From Podospora anserina (Eukaryota), in NCBI GenBank assembly GCA_017654855.1, contig CM030338.1, positions 558,001 through 622,000 of the forward strand: DNA of 64,000 bases, read 5' to 3'. Shown in pieces: positions 26,240 through 39,293 of this stretch. A model generated the notes under the pieces. The model saw only the letters and a program-made list of their open reading frames with translations. It did not search any database and was not told the DNA's origin. The translations under genes and the position numbers were made by a program. How positions within the stretch are numbered: position 1 is the first letter of the stretch; each line of letters opens with the position of its first letter.

Positions 26240-28550
26240 TCAAAGCCACTCCTGCTGCTGCTGCTGCTGCTGCTCCCCCCTACAACCCAAACCCAAACCC
26301 ACCTCCTCCACAACCCGCCTCCTACTCTCCAACATCTCCACCCCCTCCACCCCCGCCCCAAAATCCAAAATCAAAATCTTTGGATCCTGCCCCGAACTCA
26401 CAATCCTCCTATAATCACTCTTCGCACTCAAAACCCAACTCGAATGCCACTTTGGAAAATCCAACAGCGGCTGCCCTGTCTCCATATCCCAAACCTTAAT
26501 GTCGCTATCATAGCTCCCGCTCACCAGCCGCCCCGACACAGAGTCCACGTGCAGGCTCCTGACAAGGTTATCATGCGCCTTCATCTCCCTGACACACTCT
26601 CCCGTGTTGGCGTCCCAGATCCGGATGATCTTGTCGTTGCCCGCAGACGCGATCCACCTCCCGTCTTCGGAAAACTGGCTGCACGCCAGGCCCTTGGTGT
26701 GCCCGACGAATTCTTGAATGTTTTTGCCCGAGTCAATGTTCCAGAGCTTGACCTTGAAGTCGCCGCTGCAGGAGACGATGGTGTTGCCCCGCATTTGGAC
26801 TGCGTTGACGGGGCCCGAGTGGCCGCGGAGCTGCTTGATCAGGGCGCCTGTTGCGCGGTCCCAGACACAGATGGAGATGTCCTTGCTGCAGGTGACAATG
26901 TGCTTGTCGTCAAAGACGAGATCCAAAACAGCGGCCGAGTGGTGGGCTAGTTTGCGGATGGGGCGATAGCCGGAGCGTATGCTGTAGACGATGCAGGTCG
27001 CGTCCGAGGAGCCGGTGACGAGGATTTCGTCGTCGTACTGGAGGCAGAGGATGGAGGCTTTGTGGTGCATGGAAGGGGAGAGGATGGTGGGGACGGAGTG
27101 GTGAGCGCGGACTGTGGCGCGGGGGAGACCGTCGGGGCCAGGAGTCGGGTCGAGGTCGGGGAGGTGAGCGTAGTGAATTGGGTTGCCGCTGGGGTCATAG
27201 ACGATGGAGAGGGCGGGATCGTTGACCACTTCCGGGGAACCGATGACGAGTTTGCAGGCGTAGGTGCGCATATCCCAGACCCGGATGGTGCGGTCGCGAG
27301 ATCCGGTGATGATTTTGTCTCTGTTGTTCGGTTAGCTGAGCCACAAGATGAAAGACAAGAAGTAAAACATACTCATCGAATTGCAGGCAATAAATGCTGT
27401 CGGTGTGACCGTTCAAATACACCGGGCGAGCCTTGCCCTCTTTCCAGTTGCGATCGAGCTGCTCCTTGGCCCTGTATATGTTCTTCCAGTCATTCCCGGG
27501 GTGAACAAACGGAACTCCCAAACCACTCCCGGGCTGGATACTTCCACCCGTGGCATAAGCCGTCGTCTTTTCCCGCAAGAACGACTCCCGCCAGACATGC
27601 CGGTTCTCGACAACATGAGCCCAGCGCTTGTTGACCAGACTGGCCGTCCCCAAAGTCGGGCCATCGAGCTCGGCGAGGATAAGAATAGCCAGCTCCGTTG
27701 GCAGCTGCGAGATAAAGTCAACCTTGACAATGTCGGTCTTCTCGCTGCTCCCATAAGATGACAGCTCGCCCTTGGAGCCACCACCCGCATCGATCTCGGA
27801 GGAGCTTGTCAAGGCAATTCCGATGCCGCTCTCGCTGTCACCAAAGAAATCATCATCGAGCCAGCTCGGGTGCGGCCTCTGGAACTCCATAAATTCGTAT
27901 CCTTGCCTACCACTGCAGGCAATGGCTGCCGCCGCTTGCCTCGCAGCAGCACCCGTGTTGCGCGGGATAATGGGAGGCTGCCCGCCGGACCCGGGGACGG
28001 GGAAGGTCGGCGATTGGATGGTCGCGAGATCATGTCCAAAGGCGCGCTCACCATGACCGGTGTACAGCACCCTCGAATGGCGATGGAAGCTTGTGGCTTG
28101 CCGCAGACGGTGCCATGTGGAGTGAGACGTGGCAGGTCGGTCGCAGTTTGCCGGGGACGAGCTCAGAAAGGGGGACTTTGAGTCGTGGCTGTCTGTGGAA
28201 AAGACCGTGGAAGCGGGGATCGAGGTGCGCCGGTGCATGAAGCCTTTGACGTTTGTTTTGAAAGAGACAGAAGCCCGTCGGAGCATCCTCTTGATGTTTC
28301 CCTGGTGCGGTGCCTTGGAGGAGCCGGGTGCTCCGTCGTGGTCATGCACATGGACATGCTCCCGCCCGGAGAAGCCGTGGCTCCTGCTCTTCTCCAGAGA
28401 CAGGCGAGCAAAGTCTTCAAAACCATTGTCCTCCAGCGCCAACAATCCCGAATCCTGTCGCGTCGCAAAAGACAAGCTCACGCCTCGAGCGCGCGACGAC
28501 ACGGGGTGCGCCGAGTTGCGCCTAGGGCGAGTGGATGACTGGGTGGACAT
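26240..28550 (-). CDS. F-box/WD40 protein (beta-TrCP/Pof11-like)
   Basis: F-box DFISQLPTELAILIL; multiple GH..WD repeats; intron ~27323-27371; C-terminal polyQ. Confidence 0.9.
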
Positions 28551-28628
28551 GATGACGGACGCTTTGGAGAATGTAATGCGGAGGAAAACGAAGCGGATGG
28601 GTCAAGCCGACGTGTGTTACGGCTTGGG

Positions 28629-28660
28629 CGTCGTCGTCGTCGTCGTCGTCGTCGTTGTCG
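28629..28660 (+). repeat. (GTC)n microsatellite upstream of the F-box gene
   Basis: cgtcgtcgtcgtcgtcgtcgtcgtcgttgtcg. Confidence 0.85.
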
Positions 28661-30608
28661 AGCAGAGAAACGGCAGAACCGAGGGGCAGGCTCGAGCCCG
28701 TATCCGTAGTGGAAGCCGATTAATGGTGATGGAGCGGTCTGCGTGATGCGCCGGCTCCCAAGGTTCTGTCTGTGATGACTGACTGACTGCCCTTGCCCTC
28801 GTAACGGGTGACTTGACGATGGGCAACCTGCGTCCCCTGATATGATATGCTCGCTCGCTCCCCTATTTACGGATGTCACTCTCCCTCGGTCGCGGTGGCG
28901 GATAGCGAACGGGTAGGTCCCTGAACAATTTTTCAGGGTCGAAGGGTCGAATCGAGAAGGTCGGGACGTCCTGGTTGGCAGGGCCTTGCATGGGCAGACC
29001 AGTGGGGACGAACGGATTTGAGCGATAGCGTGCCTTGATCTCTGGGGGGCGAACTGGCACTCGGCAACGAGAAACTTGGAAAGGGGGAGTAATGGATGAT
29101 CGACTTTCTGTTGGTCCTGTCTCTCTCCAATCTGTCTGTTGCGACGCAGGGCTGGAATCTCCGAGTCAGGGCAGGCTGAGCTGTTTCTTTGTCTACGGCA
29201 GGGGAAACAACATCGACAACAAAGGCATTTAACGACGGACGGGTAGATTAAAAATGTAGGTGAGATTGTAGAGGACAGAAAAGAAAGAGGGCTGATGAGA
29301 GGCGTGTGCGGCACCTGAAGAAGACTGCTTCTGTTTTGGTTGTCTTGGACTCTTGTTGGGGGGGACTCAGGTGCGGCACGGCCTGTGCTGTGGTCCAGGC
29401 TCAGGGCTTGGACTTGGCTCTTGGCAGTGCTTGTTTGGCCGGGTGACCAGAGAGATTCTGCAGATGGAGGAAAGGGATACGAATGCTTCATAAGCATCAA
29501 GGGATGCTGCCAGGTTTACATTTTCTGTTTTGGAATCTACAGGCGGTGAGATGCATGCTACAAAAGCGCGGTGGCTGATGTGTATTTTTTTTGTTTGTTG
29601 ACGTTAATGCTGTTGTTGCCTTCAAAGTTAGCGATGGGGAGGCGGGCTTGGAAAAGGCCAATGTGAGGAGATCGGTAGCGATGCAAATCATTTATCCAAA
29701 ACGGTAACTCTACACTACAAAAGACCATTTGGTGTCTTTGCAACACTCAGGGTCTTCAGGGTTCTCCAAGCCGCCCAGTCCTCGCTTTCTAGGTGCTTGC
29801 GAAACTGTATGTCTACACTAACTTTCTGGTAAAACAGATCTAGCTGGGTGCCCGAAGCCACGAGGTGGTGGCCTTGCTCAAACGGCTGCGAAAACCTTGA
29901 ACAATGGGGACATCCTCCCGTCTTTTTCTCGCCAGGGCAGACAAGAAAGAGTTCCCGGAGTGGCCGTTCCCTTTCTTCAGGAGCAGCACACCGCTTTGTT
30001 ATTTTGTTGATTCCGTTCTGGAAGCTGGTTGGTGGTTGAGACACATCTCTCTGCACGTCTCACCGATACCAGAGCCACATTCAAGCCTCTCTTTGGTCCT
30101 CCTCAACCCCGCCATGGCCCGCCGACGTGAGGCGGGGAGCTGAACTTCAGCCAACGGCCTTCCCCAGATTTGCTCAGCCGCAATCCCGGACAACGGCCCA
30201 CAACATCCTTCCACAAGGTCATCCCTGGAACACCATCTCGAAGTCTCATTCTGGTGGGGTCTTGATCTTGGACGTCATTGGCTTTGATTTCTTCTTTTAT
30301 TTGGCAGCCGACACTTCGTACCAAGATGCGCTGTCTTCGGGAGTTGTCGACGCTGACATCATTGGACAAGATGCCATTCCAAACTGGATTGCGGGATATC
30401 TGGCCGCCGCCAATCAGCCTTCAGGGACACTACCGCGGCGTGATTATGTCAGGTCTGAGGAGCCTTCACATGATTCCACTTTGCCCATCACCAGTTCAAT
30501 CCGCTGACTTGACCCCTCACAAGTGACGACGGCGTCAAGAAGTTGCCGTCAGATTGCAGCAAGATCATCATCAGCAAACCAGTTCTTGAATCTTTCACTT
30601 AACACACA

Positions 30609-31775
30609 ATGGCCACGACTTCAAGTGCCTTTCCTCCGCTTCCTCTACCTAATGGCATCATCGAAGACTACATCGACTGCACATCATCTTGTGGTCTCAC
30701 CTTCCATGTGCTCAAAGCAGGAAAACCAGGAAAACCCCTCGTTTTATTCACCCACGGCTACCCGGAGCTGGCCTACTCATGGCGCAAAGTTCTACCCGCC
30801 GTTGCCGAAGCAGGCTACTTTTGTGTGGCTCCAGACCAGCGTGGATACGGCCGAACAACTGGGTGGCCTCGGAGAAACTTTGAAGATACCGACCTGGCAG
30901 AATGGTCTCTGACAAATCTAGTGCGCGATTTGGTGTGTCTGGTTTACAAGTTGGGATATACCCAAGTACGCAGCATTGTTGGGCATGACTTTGGCGCTGT
31001 GAGCGCTGCCGTGGCGGCCTTGATACGGCCAGACATGTTTCTCTCCACGGTTCACATGAGCCACCCTTATCACCCCCCTTCAACTCCCCCTCTCAGTAGC
31101 CCGAAGGACGGAAAAGATATACACACGGATTTGGCTGCTCTTTCTCCGCCGAGAAAACATTACAAGTGGTACAGCTCAACTGCTCCGGCTGCCAAGGATT
31201 GGGACGTGCCACCCCAAGGGCTTGAGGCCTTCCTCAGAGGCTATTTTCACCTCAAGTCGGCCGACTGGGAGAAGAACGAGCCCTACCCACTGGATGCCTG
31301 GACTGCGGACCAGTTGGCGAAAATGCCAGAGTACTACATCATGCGCCGAGACCAAACAATGCCAACGATGGTCCATGAAAACATGGTGGGAGAGGATGCT
31401 TCCAAGACCGAAAGGTGGCTGAGCAAGGACGAGATGGAGCTCTATTGTTCTGAGTGGAAGCGAACTGGCTTCCAGGGCGCTCTGAACTGGTATCGAGCAC
31501 AAACCGTGGGGGTCCAGGATAACAAGAAGGCTGCAGGTGACATGTGGCTATTTGCTGGAAAAAAGATTGAGGTTCCGGTTGCATTCATCAGCGGAGTCAA
31601 GGACTGGGGAAACTACCAACGACCTGGAGCTCTCCAAGGGTACGAGAACGAGGAATGGGTCAAAAACGGAATGTTCAGGGGCGCGACGTTGGTTGAGGGG
31701 GCTGGACACTGGGTACAGCAAGAGCAGCCGGATGCTGTGATTCGGGAGATTCTCAAGTTCCTCCAGTCCCTGTGA
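30609..31775 (+). CDS. epoxide hydrolase (alpha/beta hydrolase)
   Basis: HGYPELAYSW, APDQRGYG, VGHDFGA, LNWYR, GAGHWVQQEQP. Confidence 0.92.
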   Translation: MATTSSAFPPLPLPNGIIEDYIDCTSSCGLTFHVLKAGKPGKPLVLFTHGYPELAYSWRKVLPAVAEAGYFCVAPDQRGYGRTTGWPRRNFEDTDLAEWSLTNLVRDLVCLVYKLGYTQVRSIVGHDFGAVSAAVAALIRPDMFLSTVHMSHPYHPPSTPPLSSPKDGKDIHTDLAALSPPRKHYKWYSSTAPAAKDWDVPPQGLEAFLRGYFHLKSADWEKNEPYPLDAWTADQLAKMPEYYIMRRDQTMPTMVHENMVGEDASKTERWLSKDEMELYCSEWKRTGFQGALNWYRAQTVGVQDNKKAAGDMWLFAGKKIEVPVAFISGVKDWGNYQRPGALQGYENEEWVKNGMFRGATLVEGAGHWVQQEQPDAVIREILKFLQSL

Positions 31776-33483
31776 TCGACTTTGTTCTGGAAGCAGATCG
31801 AAGGACTCCCTTCCGCCGCCTTCGCTTGCGGCTGATGTTTGAAAGCCGGACCTTGCCGTCAAGCCGAGGATATCGTGTCTTCCATGCACATCTCAAACAA
31901 CTCACCGTTGGGGGCGGGGGGAGGGGTGGTCAAGAACGAGCCGATAAGTCCGACCTTCAACAAAGAAACAGCGAAGAATTTGCAACCACATCGTCATCAC
32001 GGCCTGGATGGAGACACGCCGAACCCGGAATGCGTATATTGCTTTAATATCGGAGCGGACGGAGGTCCCACCCGCCAGGTCAGGGCGAGGTTCTAGAAAG
32101 GAATTGGTTGTTCTCTGCAGGAACGCCTCATATCGAGGCAATATGTGCAAATGACCGCAGCATCCTCATCTTCTCTATAGCCCGGTTTGCCTCTTCTGCC
32201 AAGGTTCATTGCAAGAAAGTCTGATAGGATGCTACAACGTTGGCGCAGCTGTGTAAGCGTCCGCAGACTGAATATATCGTCACATGGCCAACGGGAAACA
32301 ACAACGTGTGTTGAACAAGTCTGTCACGGAGCCGCAAAGTCGGTACTTTGAATTTATCCCCATCCCCAGTCTCATGCACACGTTGTCGGGTGACGCCCCT
32401 CGTGCGAGCTGCTTGTGAGCCTGCATTCTCGCTCACCAGTCGCCTTCGAGAAATGTTCTACTTCAACAATAGAGTTACTATTGTAGCTGGCCAAGGCGGG
32501 TGGCTAGTGATACAGTTGCCTCTTGAGGTTGCCATGGACAATGAGCCTGAATTTGAACTGGACATCATGGGCAGCAATACCTCACTCCCATCCCGCGATG
32601 ATACCAAACCTCAGTCGACAACACCACTCTAGCGCGGCTCTCCCAACTCGTGATTCGGGAAATTGGAGCTGTCACCGACTCGCACGCCGTCGACCGTTAG
32701 GAAAGGCCCACAGGAACTGTGTTGTACGCAGCAGTGTCAAGGTGAACGGGAAGGGGTACTCCGGGCCCAATGCGGAAGGCATACGCCGTCTTATGCCGAA
32801 TCAGACCAGACCGGGTTGGTGGAACCTTGGCGTAATACAACCTTGACGAGAATCGCTACCGCTTTTAGGGCTGTAAAGTACGGTAGTCGCCATGCGGGCT
32901 GCGGGGAGGCACGTGGAAAACTTGGTCGAACCCACCCCGTCCCCGGATCCCGTTCTGGGGAGCCTTGTCCCTGTTCCCCGCATTTTGCTGGTTTTCGCCC
33001 GAGCGTGGCAGGGCTTGGGGTTCCAAAGAAGATTCTCACCTGTGAGCCTCCCACTGTCTCTTGTTGTTGGGCATAGGACGGCTAATGTCTTGCCTGCGAC
33101 ACTGTAATTCAGCCGAAAGCCATCAAACCCCACAGAGTTACTAAATCTCGGCTTCTTTTGTTCCATGGCCAATGCTAGTTCGGGTTCTCGCCGAAGCACG
33201 GATGCTTCCATTGTTCGTTGTCACGTTATGCTGGACGCCACGCCGTGACAATGGACCAGAACCAAACGACACAGGCATGGTAGCTCTCGAAGAGAGATAG
33301 CTGCGGACAGAACCAGATGGCCGAGAAGCATGGGGTTGATCTGGAAGATCCACGGGGGTCAGAAGAGGATAAAAGATGGCTGATCGCCCTTCCAGAGGTG
33401 AAAGGTCTCGGGTAGTCAGTCGTCAAGGAGCCAGCAGGATATCTCACTTCATAGAGTTGGGTATACCGAATCTCACGATCAAG

Positions 33484-34769
33484 ATGCACTCCCGCAACGT
33501 CCTCGCCGCCGCCGTGGCGTTGGCTGGCGCCCCGAGCGTCCATGCCGTCCTTCGATTCTCGTGCTCAGAGCTTGTGACCGAGCGTCTCGATCCGTATGTC
33601 TTTTTTCGGACCAGCCATGAGCAGGTTGAGTGCTAACAGGTCATGACAGCCTCGTCTTCCCAGGTGCTATGCAGTCTCCTCACGTCCACCAGATCGTCGG
33701 TGGCAACATGTTCAACGTGACCATGGACCCCAACAGACACAACATTGGCGAGGAGGCCACCTGCACAACCTGCACCTTCTCTGAGGATTTCTCCAACTAC
33801 TGGACGGCCATCCTTTACTTCCGTGCCCGCAACGGCACCTTGATCCGGGTCCCGCAGCGGCCCAACATTGACTTTGACGGTGCCCGTGGCGGCGGTATGA
33901 CCGTCTACTACACGGCCACCTATCAAAACCACAAGCCCACCGCCTTCCAGCCCGGCTTCCGCATGATTGTCGGTAACCCCATGTACCGCACCCAGGCCGA
34001 GGCGTCTCGCTACCGCCAGATGACCTTCACCTGCCTCGAGACCCTCTCGACCCGCACCGGCGAGACCACCGAGATGCCCAAGCAGCCCTGCAGAGAGGGC
34101 ATCATGTCCAACGTCCGCTTCCCCACCTGCTGGGACGGCAAGACTCTCGACCCCCCCGATCACTCCTCCCACGTCGCCTACCCCAGCAGCGGGACCTTTG
34201 AGTCAGGCGGCCCCTGCCCCGCCTCCCACCCCGTCCGCATCCCCCAGCTATTTTACGAGGTCCTCTGGGACACCCGCCGCTTCAACGACCGCAGCCTCTG
34301 GCCCGAGGACGGCTCCCAGCCGTTTGTCTGGTCGTACGGCGACTACACCGGCTACGGCACCCACGGCGATTACGTCTTTGGGTGGAAGGGCGACTCCCTC
34401 CAGCGTGCCATGGATGCCAACTGCGACTTTTACTGCCCTCAGCTCAAGACGCAGAGCATTGCTACTGGTAACCAGTGCAGACAGAACCAGAAGGTGGCCG
34501 AGAACATTGACGGGCCGTTTGATCGTTTGCCTGGGAATGTGGAGATTACCGGGCCTCAGCCTGGGGCTTCCAACCCTAATCCTGGCAACGGCGGCGGTAG
34601 TACTCAGACTCCTGTGCAGCCTACTCCTGTGCCCAACCCTGGGAATGGTGGCGGCTGCAGTGTTCAGAAGTGGGGACAGTGCGGTGGTCAGGGGTGGAGC
34701 GGGTGCACTGTTTGCGCTTCGGGGTCGACTTGCCGGGCGCAGAACCAGTGGTATTCTCAGTGCTTGTAA
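33484..34769 (+). CDS. secreted DUF1996 protein with C-terminal CBM1
   Basis: Signal peptide; [38 protein letters not shown] linker; CBM1 [19 protein letters not shown]; intron ~33594-33649. Confidence 0.9.
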
Positions 34770-34985
34770 GGGGGTTGTTGTTGTTGAGGGAGAGGATGAT
34801 CAGGGGGGATGAGGAGGGGAAGAGAGAGATTTATTGTAAATAGTACCTTGTGTGTCGTACATAATAAACCTTGAAAAGATGGATACTTGCATACAGTCAT
34901 CCATCATCACGATGACTTTTATATTTAACCAGGTTGTTGTTGAAACTCACCTTTTTCACTCACCTTTGTCCCATCATCGGAAAAA

Positions 34986-37260
34986 TCAAATCCCAGAATC
35001 GGTCTGCACGATCGGATCCCTGTTGTCCCACCTCCTCCAGCTCTCACACCCCAACTGCACGGGCAGCAAATCCCCGTTGTAATCGGGTATCTCCCTCGGC
35101 CTGACCACAAGCTGCAGTGCCAGCCCTGTTTTTTTGTCAGCCTCAAACAAAAACAAAAAAAACAAAAAAAACAGAAGGGGGGTTAACTGACCAGAACTAG
35201 CATGCCAAGCAATATGGCAATGCATCAACCACGCCCCCGGATTATCCGGCTTAAACGCCAGAGCAAGATACCCGCCACTGGGCAACAGCGCTGTATCCCG
35301 TCTGGCAGGGTTATCGAATTTAAAGTCCCTGGGAGAGTTGACTGGATCGTAAGGTTTCCAGTCCTGGTTGAGGATTACAAAATCAGAGCCGTGGAGGTGG
35401 ATGGGGTGCCCGGTGGGGATGGCGGTGAAGTTGGGGTCTGGGTTGAAGAGGAAGGAGCCGTCTACGATTAGGTAGACGAAGCCGTAGGATTGTTCGACTT
35501 TGACAAGTGTCAGCTAGGTTGGTTGGGTTGGGTGAGGGAAACGGGTGTTCAAATTTGGTAGGGGAAAAGCGGGACTTACATCTGGTGATAGAAGAAAACG
35601 GCGGGTTGGTAAACGGGTCGAGGATGGTCGGCATACTGAAATTCACCCAGAGTGGTTGGGAAGTCGGGCCGTTGGCTAGGAGCCAGTGTTTGAAGGGCAG
35701 TTGGGGGTATAAATCCGGGTTGGCGTTCTTTTCATACCCGGCCGTGAATGACCCATGGGAGACGTCGTTGCTGGGTTTGGCGGACACCTCCCAGGGGACG
35801 ATGGGGATGAGGCGGTCTTGGCTGATGTGGGATTCGTCGATGCAGGTGTCGTTTACGCCTTTGTGCTTGACCGAGGTTGAGTCGGGGTAGGGGAGCTTGG
35901 GGGCGCCTTCGTAGGCGATGAAGGAGGTTGTTTCTTTGACCTGGGTGAACTCGCCTTTTTGGTTCTTGCGGAAGGCGCTGCAGCCGGCTGCGGGGGTGGT
36001 GCGCATCCAGTAGAGGCTGGGCTCTTGGTTGGCTTCTACCACGACGGTGTAGCGCTGACCTGGGAGAAGGTTAGTAGTTGTCTGGTCAAGGAGGAGGTTA
36101 GGTACGCACCAATGCCCAGCAAAAGAGAGGTTGTGGTGTAAGGCTTGATGGCGACCAAGTCACTGGCTATCACAGTCATGGTGTGGTTGTCGATGGAAAA
36201 AACAAAGCTTGATGCAGCAGATCCGTTGATCAGTCTGAGCAGATGCTTTTTGCCTGGTTTAAACATGGTCTTGAAGTAGTTGTTCGTCCATCTTCCATTG
36301 GATTGTTTGAAGGCTCCGATGCCGTTAACGACAATGTTATCGGCCTTGGGAGGGGTCTCGTTGCCGCAGTCGTAGGCCTCACAGTTGAAGGCGGCAAACG
36401 AAGTGTTGTAGAGCCAGTCAGCGACCATGATGGGACCATTGTCAATATCCCACTCGGCACTAGTTGGGCCGTGAATAATGAGTGGACCAGCCACGCCGTC
36501 GGGATATTGAAGAGAATAATGTGAGTGATACCAGGTATGTCCGTACTGCCTCGCTCGGAACTCGTACGTGTATTCCTCGCCATACGCGATTGGACATTGA
36601 GTGACACCGTTGACGCCGTCCATGTCGTTGCTGTAAAGCTGACGGAGGCCGTGCCAGTGGATGGTAGTCCCATTGTCGCGATACTTGTTTCTGACATGGA
36701 CGACAATCTTATCACCCCAGCAGGCCTCAATGATGGGCCCTGGATAGGTGCCGTTCAGAGCTACTCCGTTGATCTTGGGTTGACCATCGGGCCTAAGGTC
36801 AGCTTGGTCGACGGTGAGCCAGTACTATTGAGCACGTTAGCAATTATATCATGGCCAATGCAGAACACAAGATATCAACTTGCCTCTCGTGTTATGCCAA
36901 AAGGGGTTGTAACTTCGTCTGTACAATCATGAGCAATTGCAGTGTCAACAAGGGGCTTGATGTGGAAGATATACAATCATCATTGATGTCGTAGTCTTTG
37001 AACTTTACACGTCTCTGCCAGCATGTCCTGGAGACATTATTGCATGGCTTGTACCCATTGTATCTGAGAGCGGGATAGACACAGTCTCTAACTGGATCGA
37101 TCCGTGGACTGTAGGCGCCTGCAAAGTCGGCCGCGCTGTATGTCGCGGGGGGAGTAGGAACGAACAGAGGCTGTTGAGGTGAAAAGAGGGCGTCGAAAGG
37201 AGAAAACGAGGTGAAAGCAGCATGGCTGAGGAAGTCGAGACATGTTTTGAGGAAACCCAT
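34986..37260 (-). CDS. laccase-like multicopper oxidase (AA1), multi-exon
   Basis: IHWHG, WYHSH, HPIHLHG, WLMHCHIAWH..GL; C-terminal DSGI. Confidence 0.93.
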
Positions 37261-38149
37261 CTTGTAAGAGTCAAGATGAGAGTTGTCCGGGTCGTTCTTC
37301 TGTCTACCATGAGGATTCCACCCTCACTTAAGTGCAGGCAAGTAGGGCCTGATGTAGCCCAGCCATCCGTCAACCCCTCATTTTGGCGATAATCGGCCGG
37401 AATTTGCAGCGCCTTCCAGCTGCGTCTAGAGCGAATCACTACTGATAAAGCTATGCCATGATGATCCTTCTGGCTTGACTGTGCATGAAGAGCGTGGCGT
37501 TATCGTTTGCGGTTGACGCGCCTTTGTTCATCTTTAATTCGTTGTCATGGTGTGAAATGGCAGTCCATGCAAGCCGTGTCGAGGATGTTGTGCGCATCTG
37601 TCTGAAAGTGGAAGCTATCGACATCGAGGGACAGCTGAGTTGAGGGTAGGGACGAGCTGAGGCGGGTGGCGGCCAGTCAAAAGCGATGGTGGCTCTGTAA
37701 GAGAGGTAGGGTTTGGCCAATGCTGTGAGATGCCACATCACCCACTTCTAACTCTTGACAGGAGGAGAAGAAAGTGCTGATAGTCGGCATCGTGCAGGAG
37801 GTTACATTTGTCCTACCGCCTCCGACTCGAATGACGGGTTCCGGCCCGGTGTTCGGGTATTGCATTTCCGATGAAGGTTTTATGCCCAGCGGGAAAACAT
37901 TGTGTGGTGTTGGTTAACTTCTTTGATGTTGCATTACAAAGCAATACACCCACTTGGTCGAAGCACAAGGTCTTTATCCACCACCATCAAGCTTTTCAAC
38001 CCCGACAGCGCAGAGTCTGACAGCATTGACAATCATTCAATCTCTGTTGACTCGGCCTTATCATCTTCATTGCAGTTAGTTCCGGATGCAAGACCATGAT
38101 TATAAATGCGATGCAGCAAGTTGTTACCCTCGACTCGCTTCGTCATACC

Positions 38150-38470
38150 TGTAACAATACCGGAATGTGTTCATAATTTGCCACGTGACTTCTCGCCGCT
38201 TTATCCAAACTAAATTAGGCGGAGCTCAGGACCGGCTCATCTGCGACTCCAGTCTGCTCACCTTGCTCAGGGACTGCTCAGGGTCTGCTCACCTTGCTCA
38301 TGTATTGCTCAGAATTTGCTCACCCTCCTCCGAAAGTGCGCTCTCAAGAATTGTCAATTTGTGCCTAGCAGCCTGACCTCCTCCTTACTCAACATCAAAC
38401 ATGTGCTAGCTCATCTTAACTTGAATGTCTCTACCAATATGCAGATTGTAAGCTACGTCTTGCCTTTACA
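38150..38470. mobile_element. possible solo LTR containing a TGCTCA array
   Basis: TGTAA..TTACA ends, 321 bp, about 7 TGCTCA copies at 38254-38322; no matching target duplication. Confidence 0.35.
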
Positions 38471-38517
38471 CTGCTGTAAGGAGAATTAGCTGCTGGAGCG
38501 GTGAGGTAGAAACACTG

Positions 38518-38770
38518 AAGCCGTTTTTGGAGTCGTTCGACTCAGGATATTGAAGGTTATGACAAGGGCCTTTGCCAGAGCCGAAAACAGCTTCTTGATG
38601 TAGCTAGTATGCGGAGCAGTCTACAAAATGAAAATTATGTGTTCGTCTAATATCTATAATTCGAGCCGCTGGCTGGAGCCGGTTTTGGAGTCGTTCGACC
38701 CTGCAGGTATTGAGGATGCCAGAAACACTCCTTGATGTAGTTAGTGCGGAGCTAGTCTACAAAATGAAAA
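38518..38770 (+). repeat. imperfect direct repeat pair
   Basis: TTTTGGAGTCGTTCGAC at ~38525 and ~38682; CTTGATGTAG..GCGGAGC..AGTCTACAAAATGAAAA at ~38594 and ~38731. Confidence 0.8.
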
Positions 38771-39293
38771 AACCTGCTTCATTTAAATAGCAAAGGGGTG
38801 GGCATTGCAAACTACGACCGCAGGGCCAGTGTGTGTTCCCATCACTGGTCTCAGGGGGCCGAGAATATATGCAACAATGGCTATATTCTTAGCGCTAGAC
38901 CTGAGTGCGGATGTAGGACTCTTGCAAGTAATCAAGACATTTTCCGTCTGCATATCTACCTGCCTGTAGGGGATGTTGGCCGGTGTCCCAAACCCAACCC
39001 AGCGAGGGTAATCTCCGTTGCCACCTGAAACCGTATACTGTACGCTTGTGAAAACGGCATGAGGAAGGTCGAGAGGAGGCTGTATCTACCCATTGTCTTG
39101 TCTACCTAGGCTACGTATCTATAAATGGCCAGCATTTCTCTTCAGATCTCTTTTTTTTCCTTACTGCTCCCACTCTCTACAATTCCCCTCTACGTTTTTA
39201 TCTTCTGTCATTGTCTAAGAACTCAGAGGGGCGTCTCATATCCTTCTACTCTATCTATCTACACATTTTGAACTTCCCAAATGATCGCTCAAA

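Noticed and set aside
28478-30500. 340-aa and other ORFs upstream of the F-box gene
   Set aside because: Ser/Pro/Arg-rich, crossing a microsatellite; probably 5' UTR/promoter
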